Source: an uncultured Acidobacteriota bacterium (GTDB taxonomy: Bacteria; Acidobacteriota; Vicinamibacteria; Fen-336). From it: a stretch of 64,000 bases of DNA. Where the stretch lies: contig OY970399.1 of NCBI GenBank assembly GCA_963720545.1, positions 2,688,001-2,752,000 on the forward strand, written 5' to 3'. Positions 42,434 through 55,170 of this stretch are shown here, in pieces. The first letter of the stretch is position 1. Each line of letters opens with the position of its first letter. The position numbers and the translations under genes are program-made. The notes below the pieces were generated by a model. That model worked only from the letters and a program-made list of their open reading frames with translations, searched no databases and was not told the DNA's origin.

Positions 42434-43333
42434 ATGCGGGTGGTGGTCGCGGGCGGCACCGGTTTCATCGGCTCGCGGGTGGTGGACGAGCTGCTGCGCA
42501 CCGGCAGCGAAGCGGTGGCGATCGCGACGCGCGCTCCGGCGAAGGTGGACACGCGCGGCGGCCGCGTCACCGCGGTGCACGCGCCGGCCGGCGACGCGGC
42601 GGCCTTGCGCGCGGCGTTCGCAGGCGCCGCGGTGGTGGTGCAGGCCGTCCAGTTCCCGAATCACCCGGTGGAAAATCCGCGCCGCGGCCACACATATATG
42701 AAGGTGGATGCCGAGGGCACCGCCGCCGCGGCCGCCGCCGCGCGTGCCGCGGGGGTCTCGCGCTTCGTCTACTTGTCCGGGATCGGCGCCGGGCAGGGCC
42801 GCGAGCAGCCCTGGTTTCGCGCCAAGGACGCGGCCGAGGGCGCGATCCGCGCCGCAGGCCTGGAGCACGTCCTCATCCGGCCGAGCTGGATCTACGGCCC
42901 CGGCGATCGCAGCATGAGCCGCTTCATCGCGCTGTGCCAGCACCTGCCGGTGGTGCCGGTGATCGGCGACGGCGAGAACCGCGTCGCGCCGCTCTTCATC
43001 GACGACGTGGCGCGCTGTGTGGTCGCCGCGGTGCGCCGCCCCGATGCCCAAAACCGGGTGTTCGAGCTGGGTGGGCCGCAGGTGCTGAGCACCAACGAGA
43101 TCCTGCGCACGGTCCAGGACGTTCTCGGCAGGCGCCGGCCATTGCTCCACCAGCCGGCCGCCCTCGTGAAAGTGGGCGCCTGGCCGCTGCAGTTCCTGCC
43201 GAACGCCCCGCTTTCGCCGGCCGCCGTCGACTTCATCGTCCAGGAGGTGACGTTCGATCCGGTGCCGGCATGGGATTTCTTCGGCTTCCCGTTCACGTCG
43301 CTCGCCGAGGGGCTGCGTCGCTACGTTTCCTGA
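42434..43333 (+). CDS. NAD(P)-binding atypical SDR (NDUFA9-like)
   Basis: MRVVVAGGTGFIG, IRPSWIYGPGD, FELGGP. Confidence 0.85.
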   Translation: MRVVVAGGTGFIGSRVVDELLRTGSEAVAIATRAPAKVDTRGGRVTAVHAPAGDAAALRAAFAGAAVVVQAVQFPNHPVENPRRGHTYMKVDAEGTAAAAAAARAAGVSRFVYLSGIGAGQGREQPWFRAKDAAEGAIRAAGLEHVLIRPSWIYGPGDRSMSRFIALCQHLPVVPVIGDGENRVAPLFIDDVARCVVAAVRRPDAQNRVFELGGPQVLSTNEILRTVQDVLGRRRPLLHQPAALVKVGAWPLQFLPNAPLSPAAVDFIVQEVTFDPVPAWDFFGFPFTSLAEGLRRYVS

Positions 43334-43357
43334 GGCGTCCCCTATACTGAACTCTGG

Positions 43358-44566
43358 ATGAGCAGCACCTACTTCCAGAAGGGCTTCGGCCTCAAGGCCG
43401 CCGTCACGCCGATCCTCGCCGAGAGCTACGGCAGCGGCGTCGTGGAGCGGTTGAAGGCGCTCGGCTACAACGCCCGGGCGGGCGACCTGACGCTGAAGCT
43501 CGCGAAGGAATTCGGCTTCTGCTACGGCGTCGACCGCGCGGTCGAGTACGCCTACCAGACGCGCGAACGCTTTCCCGACAAGGCCGTCTACCTCTCGGGC
43601 GAGATCATCCACAACCCCGAGGTCAACGACCGCATGCGGCGCATGGGCATCCAGATCCTGCCCGAGTCGCACGACCCGGCCACGCGCTATGCCGGCGTCG
43701 GCGACGGCGACGTGGTCATCCTGCCGGCCTTCGGCGTGACCGTCTCCGAGATGGCCGACCTGCGCGCCCGCGGCTCGGTGCTCGTCGACACCACCTGCGG
43801 CAGCGTCCTCAACGTCTGGAAGAACGTCCACAAGTACGCGCGCGACGGCTTCACCGCGGTGATCCACGGCAAGCACTACCACGAGGAAACCAAGGCCACC
43901 GCGTCGCAGGCGCTGACACACGCGGGCGGGCAGTACCTCTGCATCCGCGACCTCGACGAAGCCGCGTTCGTCGCCGCGTTCATCCGTGGCCAGCATGACG
44001 ACCCCGCATTCCTCGAGCGCTTCGCGCACGCGGTGAGCCCCGGCTTTTCGCCGCGCCGCGACCTCGAGCGCATCGGCCTCGCCAACCAGACGACGATGCT
44101 GATGAGCGAGAGCCTGAGCGTGCAGGAGATGCTGCGCCAGGCGATGGCCGAGCGTTACGGGGAAGAGGGCCTGGCCGCGCGCTTCCGCGCCTTCGACACC
44201 ATCTGCTCCGCCACCCAGGAGCGCCAGGACGCGGTCTCCGACATGCTCCGAGCCGGCGGTCTCGACCTGATGATCGTGATCGGCGGCTACAACAGCAGCA
44301 ACACCCAGGCGCTCACGCGCATGTGCGCGTCGCAGCTGCCGACCTTTCACATCGACAGCGCCGCCTGCATCGAAGACGGCGGCGCGCTACGCCACCGCCT
44401 GGTGGGCGACAAGCAGGACACGCGCATCGAGTCGTTCCTGCCGGCCGCAATGGCGACGATCGGCCTCACCGCCGGCGCCTCCACACCCAACAACGTGGTG
44501 GGCGAGGTCCTGCAGCGGATCCTCGCCCTGCGCGGGCTCGACGCCTCTTCCCTGACCGCCTGCTAG
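43358..44566 (+). CDS. ispH: 4-hydroxy-3-methylbut-2-enyl diphosphate reductase
   Basis: FGFCYGVDRA, IIHNP, DTTC, DTICSATQERQ, GGYNSSNT, TAGASTP. Confidence 0.95.
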   Translation: MSSTYFQKGFGLKAAVTPILAESYGSGVVERLKALGYNARAGDLTLKLAKEFGFCYGVDRAVEYAYQTRERFPDKAVYLSGEIIHNPEVNDRMRRMGIQILPESHDPATRYAGVGDGDVVILPAFGVTVSEMADLRARGSVLVDTTCGSVLNVWKNVHKYARDGFTAVIHGKHYHEETKATASQALTHAGGQYLCIRDLDEAAFVAAFIRGQHDDPAFLERFAHAVSPGFSPRRDLERIGLANQTTMLMSESLSVQEMLRQAMAERYGEEGLAARFRAFDTICSATQERQDAVSDMLRAGGLDLMIVIGGYNSSNTQALTRMCASQLPTFHIDSAACIEDGGALRHRLVGDKQDTRIESFLPAAMATIGLTAGASTPNNVVGEVLQRILALRGLDASSLTAC

Positions 44567-44579
44567 GCGGCTTGCGCCC

Positions 44580-46061
44580 TCAACCCCGCGCGGGGTTGTT
44601 GACGTTGAGCTTGCTGTGGTTCCTTCCGTAGAAGAAGTACAGGAAGAAGCCGACGGCCATCCAGACGAACAGCCGGATCCAGGTGTCGAGCGGCAGCCCC
44701 AGCATCAGGCCGAAGGAAACCACGGCCGAAAGGATGGGAATGAACGGCACCATCGGCGTCTTGAACGGCCGCTCGAGGTTCGGGTGGTTCTTGCGCAGCG
44801 CGATGATGCCGAGGCTGACGATCACGAACGCGAGCAGCGTGCCGATGCTGACCAGCTCGCCGAGGATCTTGATCGGCACCAGGCCGGCGAACACCGCGAC
44901 GAACAGGCCGGTCGCGATGGTGGTGATGTAGGGCGTGCGGAAGCGCGGGTGGATGCGGCGCGCGAACTCGGGCAGCAGGCCGTCGTTCGACATCGAGAAC
45001 AGCACCCGCGTCTGGCCCAGCATCATCACCAGCATCACCGAGCTGAGGCCGGCGATGGCGCCGATCTTCACCAGGAACGGCAGGACGTTCAGCAGGCCGG
45101 CCCAGGCCGAGCCCTGCGCCGCCACCTTGGCCGCGTCGATCGCGACCGCCATCGGCGCCGGCGAGCCCAGCTGCGTGTAGGAGACGAGGCCGACCATCAC
45201 GAACGCCAGCAGGACGTAGAGCAGGGTGCACACCGTCAGCGAGCCGAGGATGCCGACCGGCATGTCCTTCTGGGGGTTCCTGGCTTCCTGGGCGGCGGTC
45301 GAAACCGCGTCGAATCCTATGTAGGCGAAGAAGATCTGGCCCGCGCCGCGCAGGATGCCGCTCCAGCCGAACTCGCCGAACTTCCCTGTGTTCGCCGGGA
45401 TGAACGGATGCAGGTTGGCCGTGCTGACGAACCAGATGCCGCTGACGATGACGAGCAGCACCACCGCCACCTTGACGATGACGATGGCCGAGTTCACGTT
45501 CGCCGATTCCTGGATGCCGACGACCAGCAGCCAGGTGACGAGCAGCGTGATGAGCGCCGCCGGCAGGTTGAACATGCCGGCGCTGCCGTCCGGCAGCGTG
45601 TTCCAGGGGCCGACGGTCAACGCCTGCGGAATGTCGATGCCGATCTCGTGGTGCAGGAAGCTCACCACGTATCCCGACCAGCCGACCGCGACGGTGGCGG
45701 CGCCGAACGCGTATTCGAGAACCAGGTCCCAGCCGATGATCCAGGCGACGAACTCACCGAGGGTCGCATAGCCGTAGGTGTAGGCGGAACCCGCGATCGG
45801 CACCGTGGAGGCGAACTCCGCGTAGCACAAGCCGGCGAGCGCGCTGGCGAAGCCGGCGAGCACCATCGAGAGGATGATGGCCGGACCGGCGTGCGCCGCG
45901 GCGGCGTTGCCGGTGAGCACGAAGATGCCGGCGCCGATGATCGCGCCGATGCCGAGAGTGACCAGGTTGACCGGGCCGAGCGCGCGCTTGAGCGTGTGCT
46001 CGCCGGTGGCTTCCGATTCAGCCCTGATCTGCTCGATCGACTTGGTTCTGAACAGCGACAT
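44580..46061 (-). CDS. APC-family amino acid permease
   Basis: GAIIGAGIF, CYAEFAS, GSAYTY, FFAYIGFDAVST. Confidence 0.93.
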   Translation of the reverse strand: MSLFRTKSIEQIRAESEATGEHTLKRALGPVNLVTLGIGAIIGAGIFVLTGNAAAAHAGPAIILSMVLAGFASALAGLCYAEFASTVPIAGSAYTYGYATLGEFVAWIIGWDLVLEYAFGAATVAVGWSGYVVSFLHHEIGIDIPQALTVGPWNTLPDGSAGMFNLPAALITLLVTWLLVVGIQESANVNSAIVIVKVAVVLLVIVSGIWFVSTANLHPFIPANTGKFGEFGWSGILRGAGQIFFAYIGFDAVSTAAQEARNPQKDMPVGILGSLTVCTLLYVLLAFVMVGLVSYTQLGSPAPMAVAIDAAKVAAQGSAWAGLLNVLPFLVKIGAIAGLSSVMLVMMLGQTRVLFSMSNDGLLPEFARRIHPRFRTPYITTIATGLFVAVFAGLVPIKILGELVSIGTLLAFVIVSLGIIALRKNHPNLERPFKTPMVPFIPILSAVVSFGLMLGLPLDTWIRLFVWMAVGFFLYFFYGRNHSKLNVNNPARG

Positions 46062-46164
46062 TGATCCTCCGTGGGGACGTTTGGCGGCTCGCGTGGCGCG
46101 CTTTCAGACACGCGGAGCATAGGTCCCGGTTGTGGTCAGCGCAACCGGCAGCGGCTACATCGGC

Positions 46165-47088
46165 CTATTGAAGGCGACGCGCCGGTAGCGGCACGTTGCA
46201 CAGGTCGATCCGGCCTGCGGCGCGGCTGAACCATTCCTCGCGGCGGTTGCGCCGCGATTCGACCAGCGCCGCGAAGGTTGCCGTATCGGTGCGCAGCACC
46301 TCGTAGCGGGTGCGCTCGCCTTGCGGCACGTCCGCTTCCAGGCGCATCCCGGTGAGCGGGATGCGCTGTTCGGGCTTGTCGTAGAAGCCCATCGGCGCGC
46401 TGCCGCGCGGCAGCGACGACAGGAGTTCCATGCCGGCGATCACGCGGCCGAAGAGCGTGACGTTGCGGTCGAGCTGCCGCGGGTGATGGCCGATGACGAC
46501 GTACAGTTCGCGCCCGCCGCCGCTGTCGGGATCGGGGTTGCGGCCGGCGCCCACCATGCCGTAGCAGTGCGCGAGCCACGCGGCCTTCGCCTGCGGATCG
46601 CGCGCCGCGGGCATGCCGAAGGCGAAGCCGACCTCGGGCGCGTACACGTCGCCGTCCGGCAGCGCGGTCCACTGCGTCAGCCCTGCAGCCGGCCGCTCGA
46701 ACTCGGCCTTGGTGTTCGCGTTTGCGGCCTTCACCGCCTTGGCTTTCGCGGGCGTGTCCGAGTCGGGGTCGCCCCACTGGGTGACATAGTTGTCCTGGAC
46801 GCGGTTGATGGTGAGGCCGTCGTAGAACCTCTCCGCCATCAGCGCCTTGATGTCGCGGACGTGATCTGGTGCGAAGGCCGGGGCCAGCTCGATGACGACG
46901 CGGCCTGCGCCGCGTATCTCCATGTAGACGGTGTTCTGCGGGTCGAGCGCCCGCCAGTCGCCGGGCTGCGAAGCGTCCAGGACCTGCTGCATGGTCGTCG
47001 CCGGGGCTTTCGCCGCCTGCGCCGGCTGCGCTGCGGCGGCGAAGCCGGGGGTGAGGATCGCGGCAAACGCGAGGCAAGCCTTGTTCAT
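46165..47088 (-). CDS. Exported cyclophilin-type peptidyl-prolyl isomerase
   Basis: Signal peptide; [44 protein letters not shown]. Confidence 0.85.
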   Translation of the reverse strand: MNKACLAFAAILTPGFAAAAQPAQAAKAPATTMQQVLDASQPGDWRALDPQNTVYMEIRGAGRVVIELAPAFAPDHVRDIKALMAERFYDGLTINRVQDNYVTQWGDPDSDTPAKAKAVKAANANTKAEFERPAAGLTQWTALPDGDVYAPEVGFAFGMPAARDPQAKAAWLAHCYGMVGAGRNPDPDSGGGRELYVVIGHHPRQLDRNVTLFGRVIAGMELLSSLPRGSAPMGFYDKPEQRIPLTGMRLEADVPQGERTRYEVLRTDTATFAALVESRRNRREEWFSRAAGRIDLCNVPLPARRLQ

Positions 47089-48071
47089 AACGCTCCCGGG
47101 AGTTCCCGCGCGCACGCGCCGGCGCCCAGCAGCGCCAGCTTGTCGTTGAGGATGATGCGCACCGGCATGGATTGCAGCAGGCCGCGCATCCGGCCCTTGG
47201 CGAGGAAGCCCTCGAGGAAGGTGCCATCCGTCATCTTCGCCATGTTCTTCGGCGCGACCCCGCCGCCGATGTAGAGGCCGCCTCGCGCCATCGTCTTGAG
47301 GGCGAGGTTGCCGGCCTCCGAACCGTAGAGCGAAATGAACAGCGAAAGCGCCGCGACCGAGAGCGCGTCGCCGCCGCGTAGCCCTTCGGCGGAGATGACG
47401 GCCGAGGGATCGCCGCTCGCCATGCGCGCTGCGACCCCGGGCGACTCGGCGCCGCGGCCGGTGTCGCGCAGGAAGCGATAGACGTTGAGGAGGCCAGGGC
47501 CGGAGACGACGCGCTCCCAGCTGACGTGCTCGGTGAACTCGCGCGCGAGGAAGCGCAGCAACTCGATCTCGACCTCGTTGCGCGGCGAAAAGTCGGTGTG
47601 GCCGCCTTCAGCGGCCCACGGCCGGTGGCGCTTGCCGTCGAAGTAGAGCCCGGCTTCGCCGAGGCCGGTGCCCGCGGAGATGATCGCCTGGTTGCCGGCG
47701 GCGCCGCGTTCGCCCGGCTGCAGCTCCACCATGTCCTCGGGCCGCAGCAGGGTGAGCCCGTAGGCGTTCGCCTCGAGGTCGTTGATCAGGAGGGTCGCCG
47801 CCTTGCCAAGCAACGGGCGCAGCACGGCGGAGTCGATGGTCCACGGCAGGTTGGTGGCTGTGCACTTGCCGTCGCGGATCGGGCCGGCGATGCCGAAGCA
47901 GGCGGCGCGCACTTCGGGTCGGTGCTTGTCGAGGAACAGCCGCACGATCTCCTCGAAGGCCGCATGCTTGCGGCTCGGGTAGATCTCGATTGCCTCCGGG
48001 TCGCGCTGCTGCGGGTCGGTCCAGAGGGCGAGGATCGTCTTGGTGCCGCCGACGTCCCCCGCCAGGATCAT
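47085..48071 (-). CDS. glk: Glucokinase
   Basis: [29 protein letters not shown]. Confidence 0.95.
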   Translation of the reverse strand: MILAGDVGGTKTILALWTDPQQRDPEAIEIYPSRKHAAFEEIVRLFLDKHRPEVRAACFGIAGPIRDGKCTATNLPWTIDSAVLRPLLGKAATLLINDLEANAYGLTLLRPEDMVELQPGERGAAGNQAIISAGTGLGEAGLYFDGKRHRPWAAEGGHTDFSPRNEVEIELLRFLAREFTEHVSWERVVSGPGLLNVYRFLRDTGRGAESPGVAARMASGDPSAVISAEGLRGGDALSVAALSLFISLYGSEAGNLALKTMARGGLYIGGGVAPKNMAKMTDGTFLEGFLAKGRMRGLLQSMPVRIILNDKLALLGAGACARELPGAL

Positions 48072-48781
48072 GTGCGAAGACTACTCGCGGCGGCATCCAG
48101 GAGAAACACGCATTCGCGCGCCTCGCGGCCGACGCGCGCCACCGGCAGCGCCGACTCGGGATCGTCGAGCGCCGCGGCCATGACCGTGGCCTTGGCGGCG
48201 CCCATCGCCACGATGACGACGAGGCGTGCGGCGACGATGAACGGCAGGCTCAGCGTCAGGCGGCGCGGCGGGGCTTTCGGCGCATTGCGCACCGCCGCGA
48301 CGCGCGGGCCGGCCTGGTCGAGCACCGGGTGCCCCGGGAACAGCGACGCCACGTGGCCATCCGGGCCGACGCCGAGCAGCACGCAGTCGAGCGTGCCCTT
48401 CGCGCCGAGCACCGATGCGAGCGTCGCGTCGTAAGCACGCGCGGCGGCATCCAGGTCCTTCGGGTCGCCGGTCACCATGCCGTGAACCCGGCCGCGCCGC
48501 GCGCCGACCGGATCGAGCAGCAGCTGGCGGGCGAGGCCGTAGTTCGACTCCGGGTCGTGCGCGGGCACCGCGCGCTCGTCGCACCAGAAGAACTCGACCG
48601 CCGACCATGGGATGTCGCTGGCCGCGAGCATCGGGAAGAAGGTGGTCGCAACCGACCCGCCCGGCAGCGCCAGCGAACCGCGGCCGGTGTCGACGATGCC
48701 GCGGCTCAGCGCGCCACGCACCTGGCCGATGAGGGCGTGTGACATTTCCTGTACGGAGCCGATGATGACTTGCGGGGCCAT
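48068..48781 (-). CDS. pgl: 6-phosphogluconolactonase
   Basis: GGS, DERAVP, ESNY, LLGVGPDGHVASLFP. Confidence 0.92.
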   Translation of the reverse strand: MAPQVIIGSVQEMSHALIGQVRGALSRGIVDTGRGSLALPGGSVATTFFPMLAASDIPWSAVEFFWCDERAVPAHDPESNYGLARQLLLDPVGARRGRVHGMVTGDPKDLDAAARAYDATLASVLGAKGTLDCVLLGVGPDGHVASLFPGHPVLDQAGPRVAAVRNAPKAPPRRLTLSLPFIVAARLVVIVAMGAAKATVMAAALDDPESALPVARVGREARECVFLLDAAASSLRT

Positions 48782-48800
48782 GGCGCGGTAAGTTTCTCAC

Positions 48801-50864
48801 TTGACCACCACCAACGATATCGACGCCCTCAGCATCAACACCATCCGCACCCTGTCGATGGACGCGGTGCAGCAGGCGAACTCCGGACACCCCGGGACGC
48901 CGATGGCCATGGCGCCCGTCGCCTACACTTTGTGGCAGCGCCACCTGCGCTTCGATCCCGACAATCCGGTCTGGCAGAACCGCGACCGCTTCGTGCTGTC
49001 CATGGGGCACGCGTCGATGCTGCTCTATTCGCTGCTGCACCTGGCGGGGGTCAAGGCGGTGAACCCGAAGTACGAGGCGCTCGGCGAGCCGGCGGTGACG
49101 CTCGACGACATCAAGCACTTCCGCCAGCTCGACAGCAAGACGCCGGGCCATCCCGAGTACCGCTGGACGTCGGGCGTCGAAACCACCACCGGCCCGCTCG
49201 GCCAGGGGCTCGCGAACAGCGTCGGCATGGCGATGGCATCGCGCTTCCTCGCGGCCACCTACAACAGGCCGGGCTTCACGATGTTCGACTTCGACGTCTA
49301 CGCGATGGGCGGCGACGGCTGCTTCATGGAAGGGCTCTCGTCCGAGGCGGCGTCGCTCGCCGGCCACCTCAAGCTCGCGAACCTCTGCTGGATCTACGAC
49401 AACAACCACATCACGATCGAGGGCCACACCGAGCTCGCGTTCTCCGAGGACGTCGGCACGCGCTTCCAGGCCTACGGCTGGAACGTGGTGCGCGTCAGCG
49501 ACGCCAACGACACCGACCGCCTCGACCTCGCCCTCACCACCTTCAAGGAAACCGCCGACCGGCCGACGCTGATCATCGTCGACAGCCACATCGGCTACGG
49601 CGCGCCCACCAAGCAGGACACCCATACGGCCCACGGCGAGCCGCTGGGCGACGAGGAGATTCGCCTGGCGAAGACGTTCTACGGCTGGCCGCCCGACGCG
49701 AAGTTCCTGGTGCCGGACGGCGTGCGCGAGCGTTTTGCCGAAGGTGTGGGCGCGCGCGGGGCCAGGGCGCGCAAGGAATGGATGGCGCGCCTCGAGAGCT
49801 ACCGCCAGCAGTTTCCGGCGGAGGCCGAAGCGCTCGACCGCATGCAGCGCCGCAACCTGCCCGACGGCTGGGACAAGGACATCCCGACCTTCCCGGCCGA
49901 CGTCAAGGGCATCGCGAGTCGCGACTCGTCCGCGAAGGTGCTGAACGCCATCGCGCCGAACCTGCCGTGGCTTTTAGGCGGCTCGGCCGACCTGGCGCCG
50001 TCCACCAAGACGCGCCTCACGTTTCCGGGCGCCGGCGACTTCGAGGCCGGCAGCTACAGCGGACGCAACCTGCACTTCGGCATCCGCGAACACGCGATGG
50101 GCGCCATCCTCAACGGCATGTCGCTCTCCAAGGTGCGGCCCTACGGCTCGGGCTTCCTCATCTTCAGCGACTACGGCCGCGGCTCGCTGCGCCTCGGCGC
50201 GATCATGGAGCTGCCGGTCATCTACGTCTTCACCCACGACTCGATCGGCGTGGGCGAGGACGGTCCGACCCACCAGCCGGTGGAGCACCTTGCCTCGCTG
50301 CGCGCCATCCCGGGCCTGCTCACCATCCGCCCCGGCGACGCGAACGAAGTGGCCGAAGCCTGGCGCCTCATCCTGCAGCTGCGCCACGAGCCGGCGGCCC
50401 TCATCCTCAGCCGCCAGGCGCTGCCGACGCTCGACCGCTCGCGCTACGCGCCGGCCGCGGGCCTGCAGCGCGGCGCGTACGTGCTGGGGGACGCGCCGGG
50501 CGCGGCGCCCGAGGTGCTGCTGCTCGGCACCGGCAGCGAGGTGTCGTTGTGCGTCGCCGCGCACGAAGATCTGCTGGCGCGCGGGGTGCGCAGCCGCGTC
50601 GTCAGCATGCCGAGCTGGGAGATCTTCGAAAAGCAGCCGCAGGACTATCGCGACGCCGTGCTGCCGCCGCAGGTAACGGCACGCGTCTCGGTGGAGCAGG
50701 CCTCGACATTCGGCTGGGAGCGCTACGTCGGCAGCGGCGGGCGCAAGATCGGGATGCACACCTTCGGCGCCTCGGCGCCGCTGAAGGCGCTGCAGGGCAA
50801 GTTCGGGTTCGAGCCTGCCCGGGTCGTGGCCGCGGCGCTTGAGGTGCTCGGAAGAAAGGCGTAG
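48801..50864 (+). CDS. tkt: Transketolase
   Basis: [46 protein letters not shown]. Confidence 0.97.
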   Translation: MTTTNDIDALSINTIRTLSMDAVQQANSGHPGTPMAMAPVAYTLWQRHLRFDPDNPVWQNRDRFVLSMGHASMLLYSLLHLAGVKAVNPKYEALGEPAVTLDDIKHFRQLDSKTPGHPEYRWTSGVETTTGPLGQGLANSVGMAMASRFLAATYNRPGFTMFDFDVYAMGGDGCFMEGLSSEAASLAGHLKLANLCWIYDNNHITIEGHTELAFSEDVGTRFQAYGWNVVRVSDANDTDRLDLALTTFKETADRPTLIIVDSHIGYGAPTKQDTHTAHGEPLGDEEIRLAKTFYGWPPDAKFLVPDGVRERFAEGVGARGARARKEWMARLESYRQQFPAEAEALDRMQRRNLPDGWDKDIPTFPADVKGIASRDSSAKVLNAIAPNLPWLLGGSADLAPSTKTRLTFPGAGDFEAGSYSGRNLHFGIREHAMGAILNGMSLSKVRPYGSGFLIFSDYGRGSLRLGAIMELPVIYVFTHDSIGVGEDGPTHQPVEHLASLRAIPGLLTIRPGDANEVAEAWRLILQLRHEPAALILSRQALPTLDRSRYAPAAGLQRGAYVLGDAPGAAPEVLLLGTGSEVSLCVAAHEDLLARGVRSRVVSMPSWEIFEKQPQDYRDAVLPPQVTARVSVEQASTFGWERYVGSGGRKIGMHTFGASAPLKALQGKFGFEPARVVAAALEVLGRKA

Positions 50865-50872
50865 CAGGAACC

Positions 50873-51319
50873 ATGCGACTCGCGATGAGCGCCGACCATG
50901 CGGGCTATGAAATGAAGGACGCGCTGGCGGCGCAGCTGCGCACCGCCGGCTACGACGTCTCGGACCTCGGCACCAACTCGGCGGCCGCCGTGGACTATCC
51001 CGACTTCGCGGCGGCGGTGGCGCGCGCGGTGGCCGGCGGCGACGCCGACCGCGGCATCGTCATCTGCGGCAGCGGGGTTGGGGCCTCGATCGCGGCCAAC
51101 AAGGTGCGCGGCGCGCGCGCCGGCTTGTGCCACGACTGCTATTCGGCGAAGCAGGGGGTCGAGCACGACGACATGAACATCCTGGTTCTGGGCGCCCGCG
51201 TCGTCGGCCCCGCGCTCGCGACCGAACTGGTGCGCGCGTTCCTCGCGGGAAATTTCAGCAACGAAGAGCGGCACGTGCGGCGGCTGGCGAAAGTCGCCGC
51301 CCTGGAGGAAGCACCATGA
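50873..51319 (+). CDS. rpiB: Ribose-5-phosphate isomerase B
   Basis: [24 protein letters not shown]. Confidence 0.95.
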   Translation: MRLAMSADHAGYEMKDALAAQLRTAGYDVSDLGTNSAAAVDYPDFAAAVARAVAGGDADRGIVICGSGVGASIAANKVRGARAGLCHDCYSAKQGVEHDDMNILVLGARVVGPALATELVRAFLAGNFSNEERHVRRLAKVAALEEAP

Positions 51320-54153
51320 ATCCGGTTGCAGACCTGCGCAATTTCGGCCAGGCCGTCTGGCTCGACTACATCCGCCGCAACATCATCAAGAACGGCGACC
51401 TGCGGCGCTACGTCGAGTCGGACGGGCTGCGCGGCGTCACCTCGAACCCCGCCATCTTCGAGAAGGCGATCGACGGCAGCAACGACTACGCCGAGCAGAT
51501 CGCCGAACTGAGCGCCGACGCGCGGCTCGCGCCGAAGGACATCTTCGAGGCGGTGGCGGTCAAGGACATCCAGGACGCTGCCGACGTGCTGCGGCCGGTG
51601 TACGACGAACTGGACGGCAAGGACGGCTACGTCAGCATCGAGGTGTCGCCCGATCTCGCGAACGACACCCAGGCGACGCTCGAGGAGGCGCGCCGGCTGT
51701 GGGCCAGGGTGGCGCGGCCCAACGTGATGGTGAAGGTTCCGGCCACCCACGCCGGCATCCCCGCGATCCAGGCGCTGATCACCGAGGGCATAAACGTCAA
51801 CATCACGCTGCTGTTCGGCCGCGACTTCTACGAAGCCGTGGCACACGCGTACGTCGCCGGCCTGCAGGCGCGCGCCGCCGCCGGCCACGACATCGCGCGC
51901 GTCGCGAGCGTTGCGAGCTTCTTCGTCAGCCGCATCGACACCGCTGTCGACAACGACCTGGCGGAGCGCGCCAAGGCGGCGAAGGGTGCCGACCGGGAAA
52001 AGCTCGAGCGGCTCATGGGCAAGGTGGCGGTCGCGAACGCCAAGCTGGCCTACGTGAGCTACAAGGAAATCTTCGCCGGCGCGGCGTGGCAGGCACTCGC
52101 GGCGAAGGGCGCGCGCGTGCAGCGGCTGCTCTGGGCTTCGACCGGCACCAAGAACCCGAACTACAGCGACGTCCTGTACGTCGAGGAGCTGATCGGCGCC
52201 GACACCGTCAACACCATGCCGCCGGAGACGCTCGCCGCGTTCCGCGACCACGGCAAGCTGGCCGCGACGCTCGAGGCGGATGTCGCGGGCGCGCGCGCGG
52301 TGCTCGCCGACCTCGAGGGCGTTGGCATCTCGCTGCAGAAGGTCACCGACGACCTCATCGAGGACGGGCTCAAGAAGTTCGTCGAACCGTTCACCAAGCT
52401 GCTGAAGGCGGTGGCGCGCAGGGCGCGCGAAGCCAACAAGGCGCACCTCAACACCCAGTCGCGCTCGCTGCCCGCGGCGCTCGAGGAGGCGGTGGCCGAG
52501 CGCCTGCGCCAGTTCGACGCGGACGGCGGCACGCGCCGCCTGTTCGCCGCCGATGCGTCCTTCTGGACCGGCAAGGACGAAGCCAGCTGGCTGGGCTGGC
52601 TCGGCGTCGCCGAGCAGCAGCTGGACGCTGCCGCGCAGTTTGCGGCGCTGCGCGAGGAGGCGCGGCGCGAAGGCTTCGACCACATCCTGCTCATGGGCAT
52701 GGGCGGTTCGAGCCTCTGCCCCGAGGTGCTGCGCAAGACCTTCGGCGTGATCCCGGGCTCGCCCGAGCTGCACGTCCTCGACTCGACCGACCCCGCGCAG
52801 ATCCAGGCGACCGAGGCCAAGCTCGACCTGAAGAAGACCCTCTTCATCGTCTCGAGCAAGTCGGGCTCGACGCTCGAGCCCAACATCTTCAAGGCGTACT
52901 TCTTCGACCGCGTGAACCTGGCGCTCGGCAACGGCAAGGCCGGCAGCCGCTTCGTCGCCATCACCGATCCCGGCTCGGCGCTGCAGAAGGAGGCCGAAGC
53001 CGATTCGTTCCGCCACGTCTACCCGGGCCTCAAGAACGTCGGCGGCCGCTATTCGGCGCTCACCAACTTCGGCATGGTGCCGGCCGCGGCGATGGGCCTC
53101 GACGTCGAGGCGCTGCTCGACGAAGCCATGCGCATGCTGCAGGCGTGCGCGCCCGGCGTGCCGGCAGCGGAAAATCCCGGCCTGGTGCTCGGCACGGTCA
53201 TGGGTGTGGCCGCGCAGCACGGCATCGACAAGCTGACGATCGCGGCCTCGCCCGGGCTTTCCGACCTCGGCGCCTGGCTCGAGCAGCTGGTGGCCGAGTC
53301 GACCGGCAAGAACGGCAAGGGCATCGTCCCGGTGGACCGCGAACAGCTCGCCGATGCCGCCGCCTACCACTCCGACCGGCTGTTCGTGTACGTGCGCCTC
53401 GATGCGGCGCCCGACGCGAAACAGGAAGCCGCGATCACGAGCCTCGAAGCCGCCGGCCATCCGGTGGTGCGCATCGGCGTCGCCACTCGCCAGGACCTGG
53501 CGGAGGAGTTCATCCGCTGGGAGATCGCGACCGCAGTGGCCGGCGCCATCCTGGGGATCAACCCGTTCGACCAGCCCGACGTCGAGGCAAGCAAGATCGC
53601 GACCCGCGCTCTCACCAACGAGTACGAAAAGACCGGACAGCTGCCGGCGGAGAAGCCGTTCTTCACCGACAACGGCATCAGCCTGTTCGCGGATGCGGCG
53701 AACGCCTCGGCGCTCGAGAAGCTGGTGGCGAAGCCTTCGCTCGCGGCCTTCCTCGAGGCGCACGTCGGCCGCGCCGGCAGCAGCGACTACTTCGCCCTCC
53801 TCGCCTACATCGAGATGAACGCGGCGCACGAGGCCGAGCTGCAGGCGATGCGCCACAAGGTGCGCGACGACCGCAAGGTCGCCACCTGCGTCGGCTTCGG
53901 GCCGCGCTTCCTGCACTCGACCGGCCAGGCGTACAAGGGCGGCCCCAACAGCGGCGTGTTCCTGCAGCTCACCTGCGACGACGCGAAGGACGTGGCGGTG
54001 CCGGGCAAGGGCTACACGTTCGGCGTCGTCAAGGCGGCGCAGGCGCGCGGCGACTTCCAGGTGCTCGCCGAGCGCGGGCGCCGGGCGCTGCGCGTGCACA
54101 TGAACGACGTGGCGAGCGGCCTGAAGACGCTGCGCAAGGCACTGGGGGCGTAG
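51316..54153 (+). CDS. Bifunctional transaldolase / glucose-6-phosphate isomerase
   Basis: [24 protein letters not shown], then [30 protein letters not shown]. Confidence 0.94.
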   Translation: MNPVADLRNFGQAVWLDYIRRNIIKNGDLRRYVESDGLRGVTSNPAIFEKAIDGSNDYAEQIAELSADARLAPKDIFEAVAVKDIQDAADVLRPVYDELDGKDGYVSIEVSPDLANDTQATLEEARRLWARVARPNVMVKVPATHAGIPAIQALITEGINVNITLLFGRDFYEAVAHAYVAGLQARAAAGHDIARVASVASFFVSRIDTAVDNDLAERAKAAKGADREKLERLMGKVAVANAKLAYVSYKEIFAGAAWQALAAKGARVQRLLWASTGTKNPNYSDVLYVEELIGADTVNTMPPETLAAFRDHGKLAATLEADVAGARAVLADLEGVGISLQKVTDDLIEDGLKKFVEPFTKLLKAVARRAREANKAHLNTQSRSLPAALEEAVAERLRQFDADGGTRRLFAADASFWTGKDEASWLGWLGVAEQQLDAAAQFAALREEARREGFDHILLMGMGGSSLCPEVLRKTFGVIPGSPELHVLDSTDPAQIQATEAKLDLKKTLFIVSSKSGSTLEPNIFKAYFFDRVNLALGNGKAGSRFVAITDPGSALQKEAEADSFRHVYPGLKNVGGRYSALTNFGMVPAAAMGLDVEALLDEAMRMLQACAPGVPAAENPGLVLGTVMGVAAQHGIDKLTIAASPGLSDLGAWLEQLVAESTGKNGKGIVPVDREQLADAAAYHSDRLFVYVRLDAAPDAKQEAAITSLEAAGHPVVRIGVATRQDLAEEFIRWEIATAVAGAILGINPFDQPDVEASKIATRALTNEYEKTGQLPAEKPFFTDNGISLFADAANASALEKLVAKPSLAAFLEAHVGRAGSSDYFALLAYIEMNAAHEAELQAMRHKVRDDRKVATCVGFGPRFLHSTGQAYKGGPNSGVFLQLTCDDAKDVAVPGKGYTFGVVKAAQARGDFQVLAERGRRALRVHMNDVASGLKTLRKALGA

Positions 54154-54156
54154 GCA

Positions 54157-55170
54157 ATGCAATTCGGCATGATCGGACTCGGCCGCATGGGCGCGAACAT
54201 GGTGCGGCGGCTGATGCGCGCCGGGCACGATTGCGTCGTCTGGGACCGTGCGTCGGCCGCGGTCGAGGCGCTCGCGAAGGACGGCGCCATCGGCGCCACC
54301 TCGCTCGCCGACTTCGTCGCGAAGCTGCAGGCGCCGCGCGCCATCTGCCTGATGGTGCCCGCGGCCTACGTGGACGCGTCGCTCGCCGAACTCGAGAAGC
54401 TGGTGGCGCCGGGCGACATCCTCATCGACGGCGGCAACTCGCACTATCACGACGACATCGCGCGCTCGAAGCGGCTCGGCGCCAAGGGCCTCCACTACGT
54501 GGACATGGGCACGAGCGGCGGCGTCTGGGGGCTGGAGCGCGGCTACTGCCTGATGATCGGCGGCGAGGACGACGTGGTGAAGCGCCTCGATCCGGTCTTC
54601 GCGACGCTGGCGCCCGGCGCCGGCGACATCGAGAAAACACCGGGCCGCGAGGGCCGGCAGAGCACCGCCGAGCGCGGCTACCTGCATTGCGGCCCCGCGG
54701 GCGCCGGCCATTTCGTGAAGATGGTCCACAACGGCATCGAGTACGGCCTGATGGCCGCGTACGCCGAGGGCTTCAACATCCTCAGCAAGGCGAACATCGG
54801 CAAGGCCGAGGCGCAGGCGCACGACGCCGAGACCACACCGCTGCGCCAGCCCGAGCACTTCCAGTACGACCTCAACCTCGCCGACGTCGCCGAGGTGTGG
54901 CGGCGCGGCAGCGTCGTCACGTCCTGGCTTCTCGACCTCACCGCGAGCGCCCTCGCCGCGAGCCCGAAGCTCGACAAGTTCGGCGGCAAGGTGTCGGACT
55001 CCGGCGAGGGGCGCTGGACGGTGGCGGCCGCCAACGACCTGGCGGTGCCGGCGCACGTGCTGACCGCGGCGCTGTTCGAGCGCTTCGCCTCGCGCGGCGA
55101 GGACGATTTCCAGAACCGGGTGCTGTCGGCGATGCGCTTCGGCTTCGGCGGGCACCTGGAGAAGAAGTGA
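54157..55170 (+). CDS. gnd: 6-phosphogluconate dehydrogenase (short, decarboxylating)
   Basis: [32 protein letters not shown]. Confidence 0.95.
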   Translation: MQFGMIGLGRMGANMVRRLMRAGHDCVVWDRASAAVEALAKDGAIGATSLADFVAKLQAPRAICLMVPAAYVDASLAELEKLVAPGDILIDGGNSHYHDDIARSKRLGAKGLHYVDMGTSGGVWGLERGYCLMIGGEDDVVKRLDPVFATLAPGAGDIEKTPGREGRQSTAERGYLHCGPAGAGHFVKMVHNGIEYGLMAAYAEGFNILSKANIGKAEAQAHDAETTPLRQPEHFQYDLNLADVAEVWRRGSVVTSWLLDLTASALAASPKLDKFGGKVSDSGEGRWTVAAANDLAVPAHVLTAALFERFASRGEDDFQNRVLSAMRFGFGGHLEKK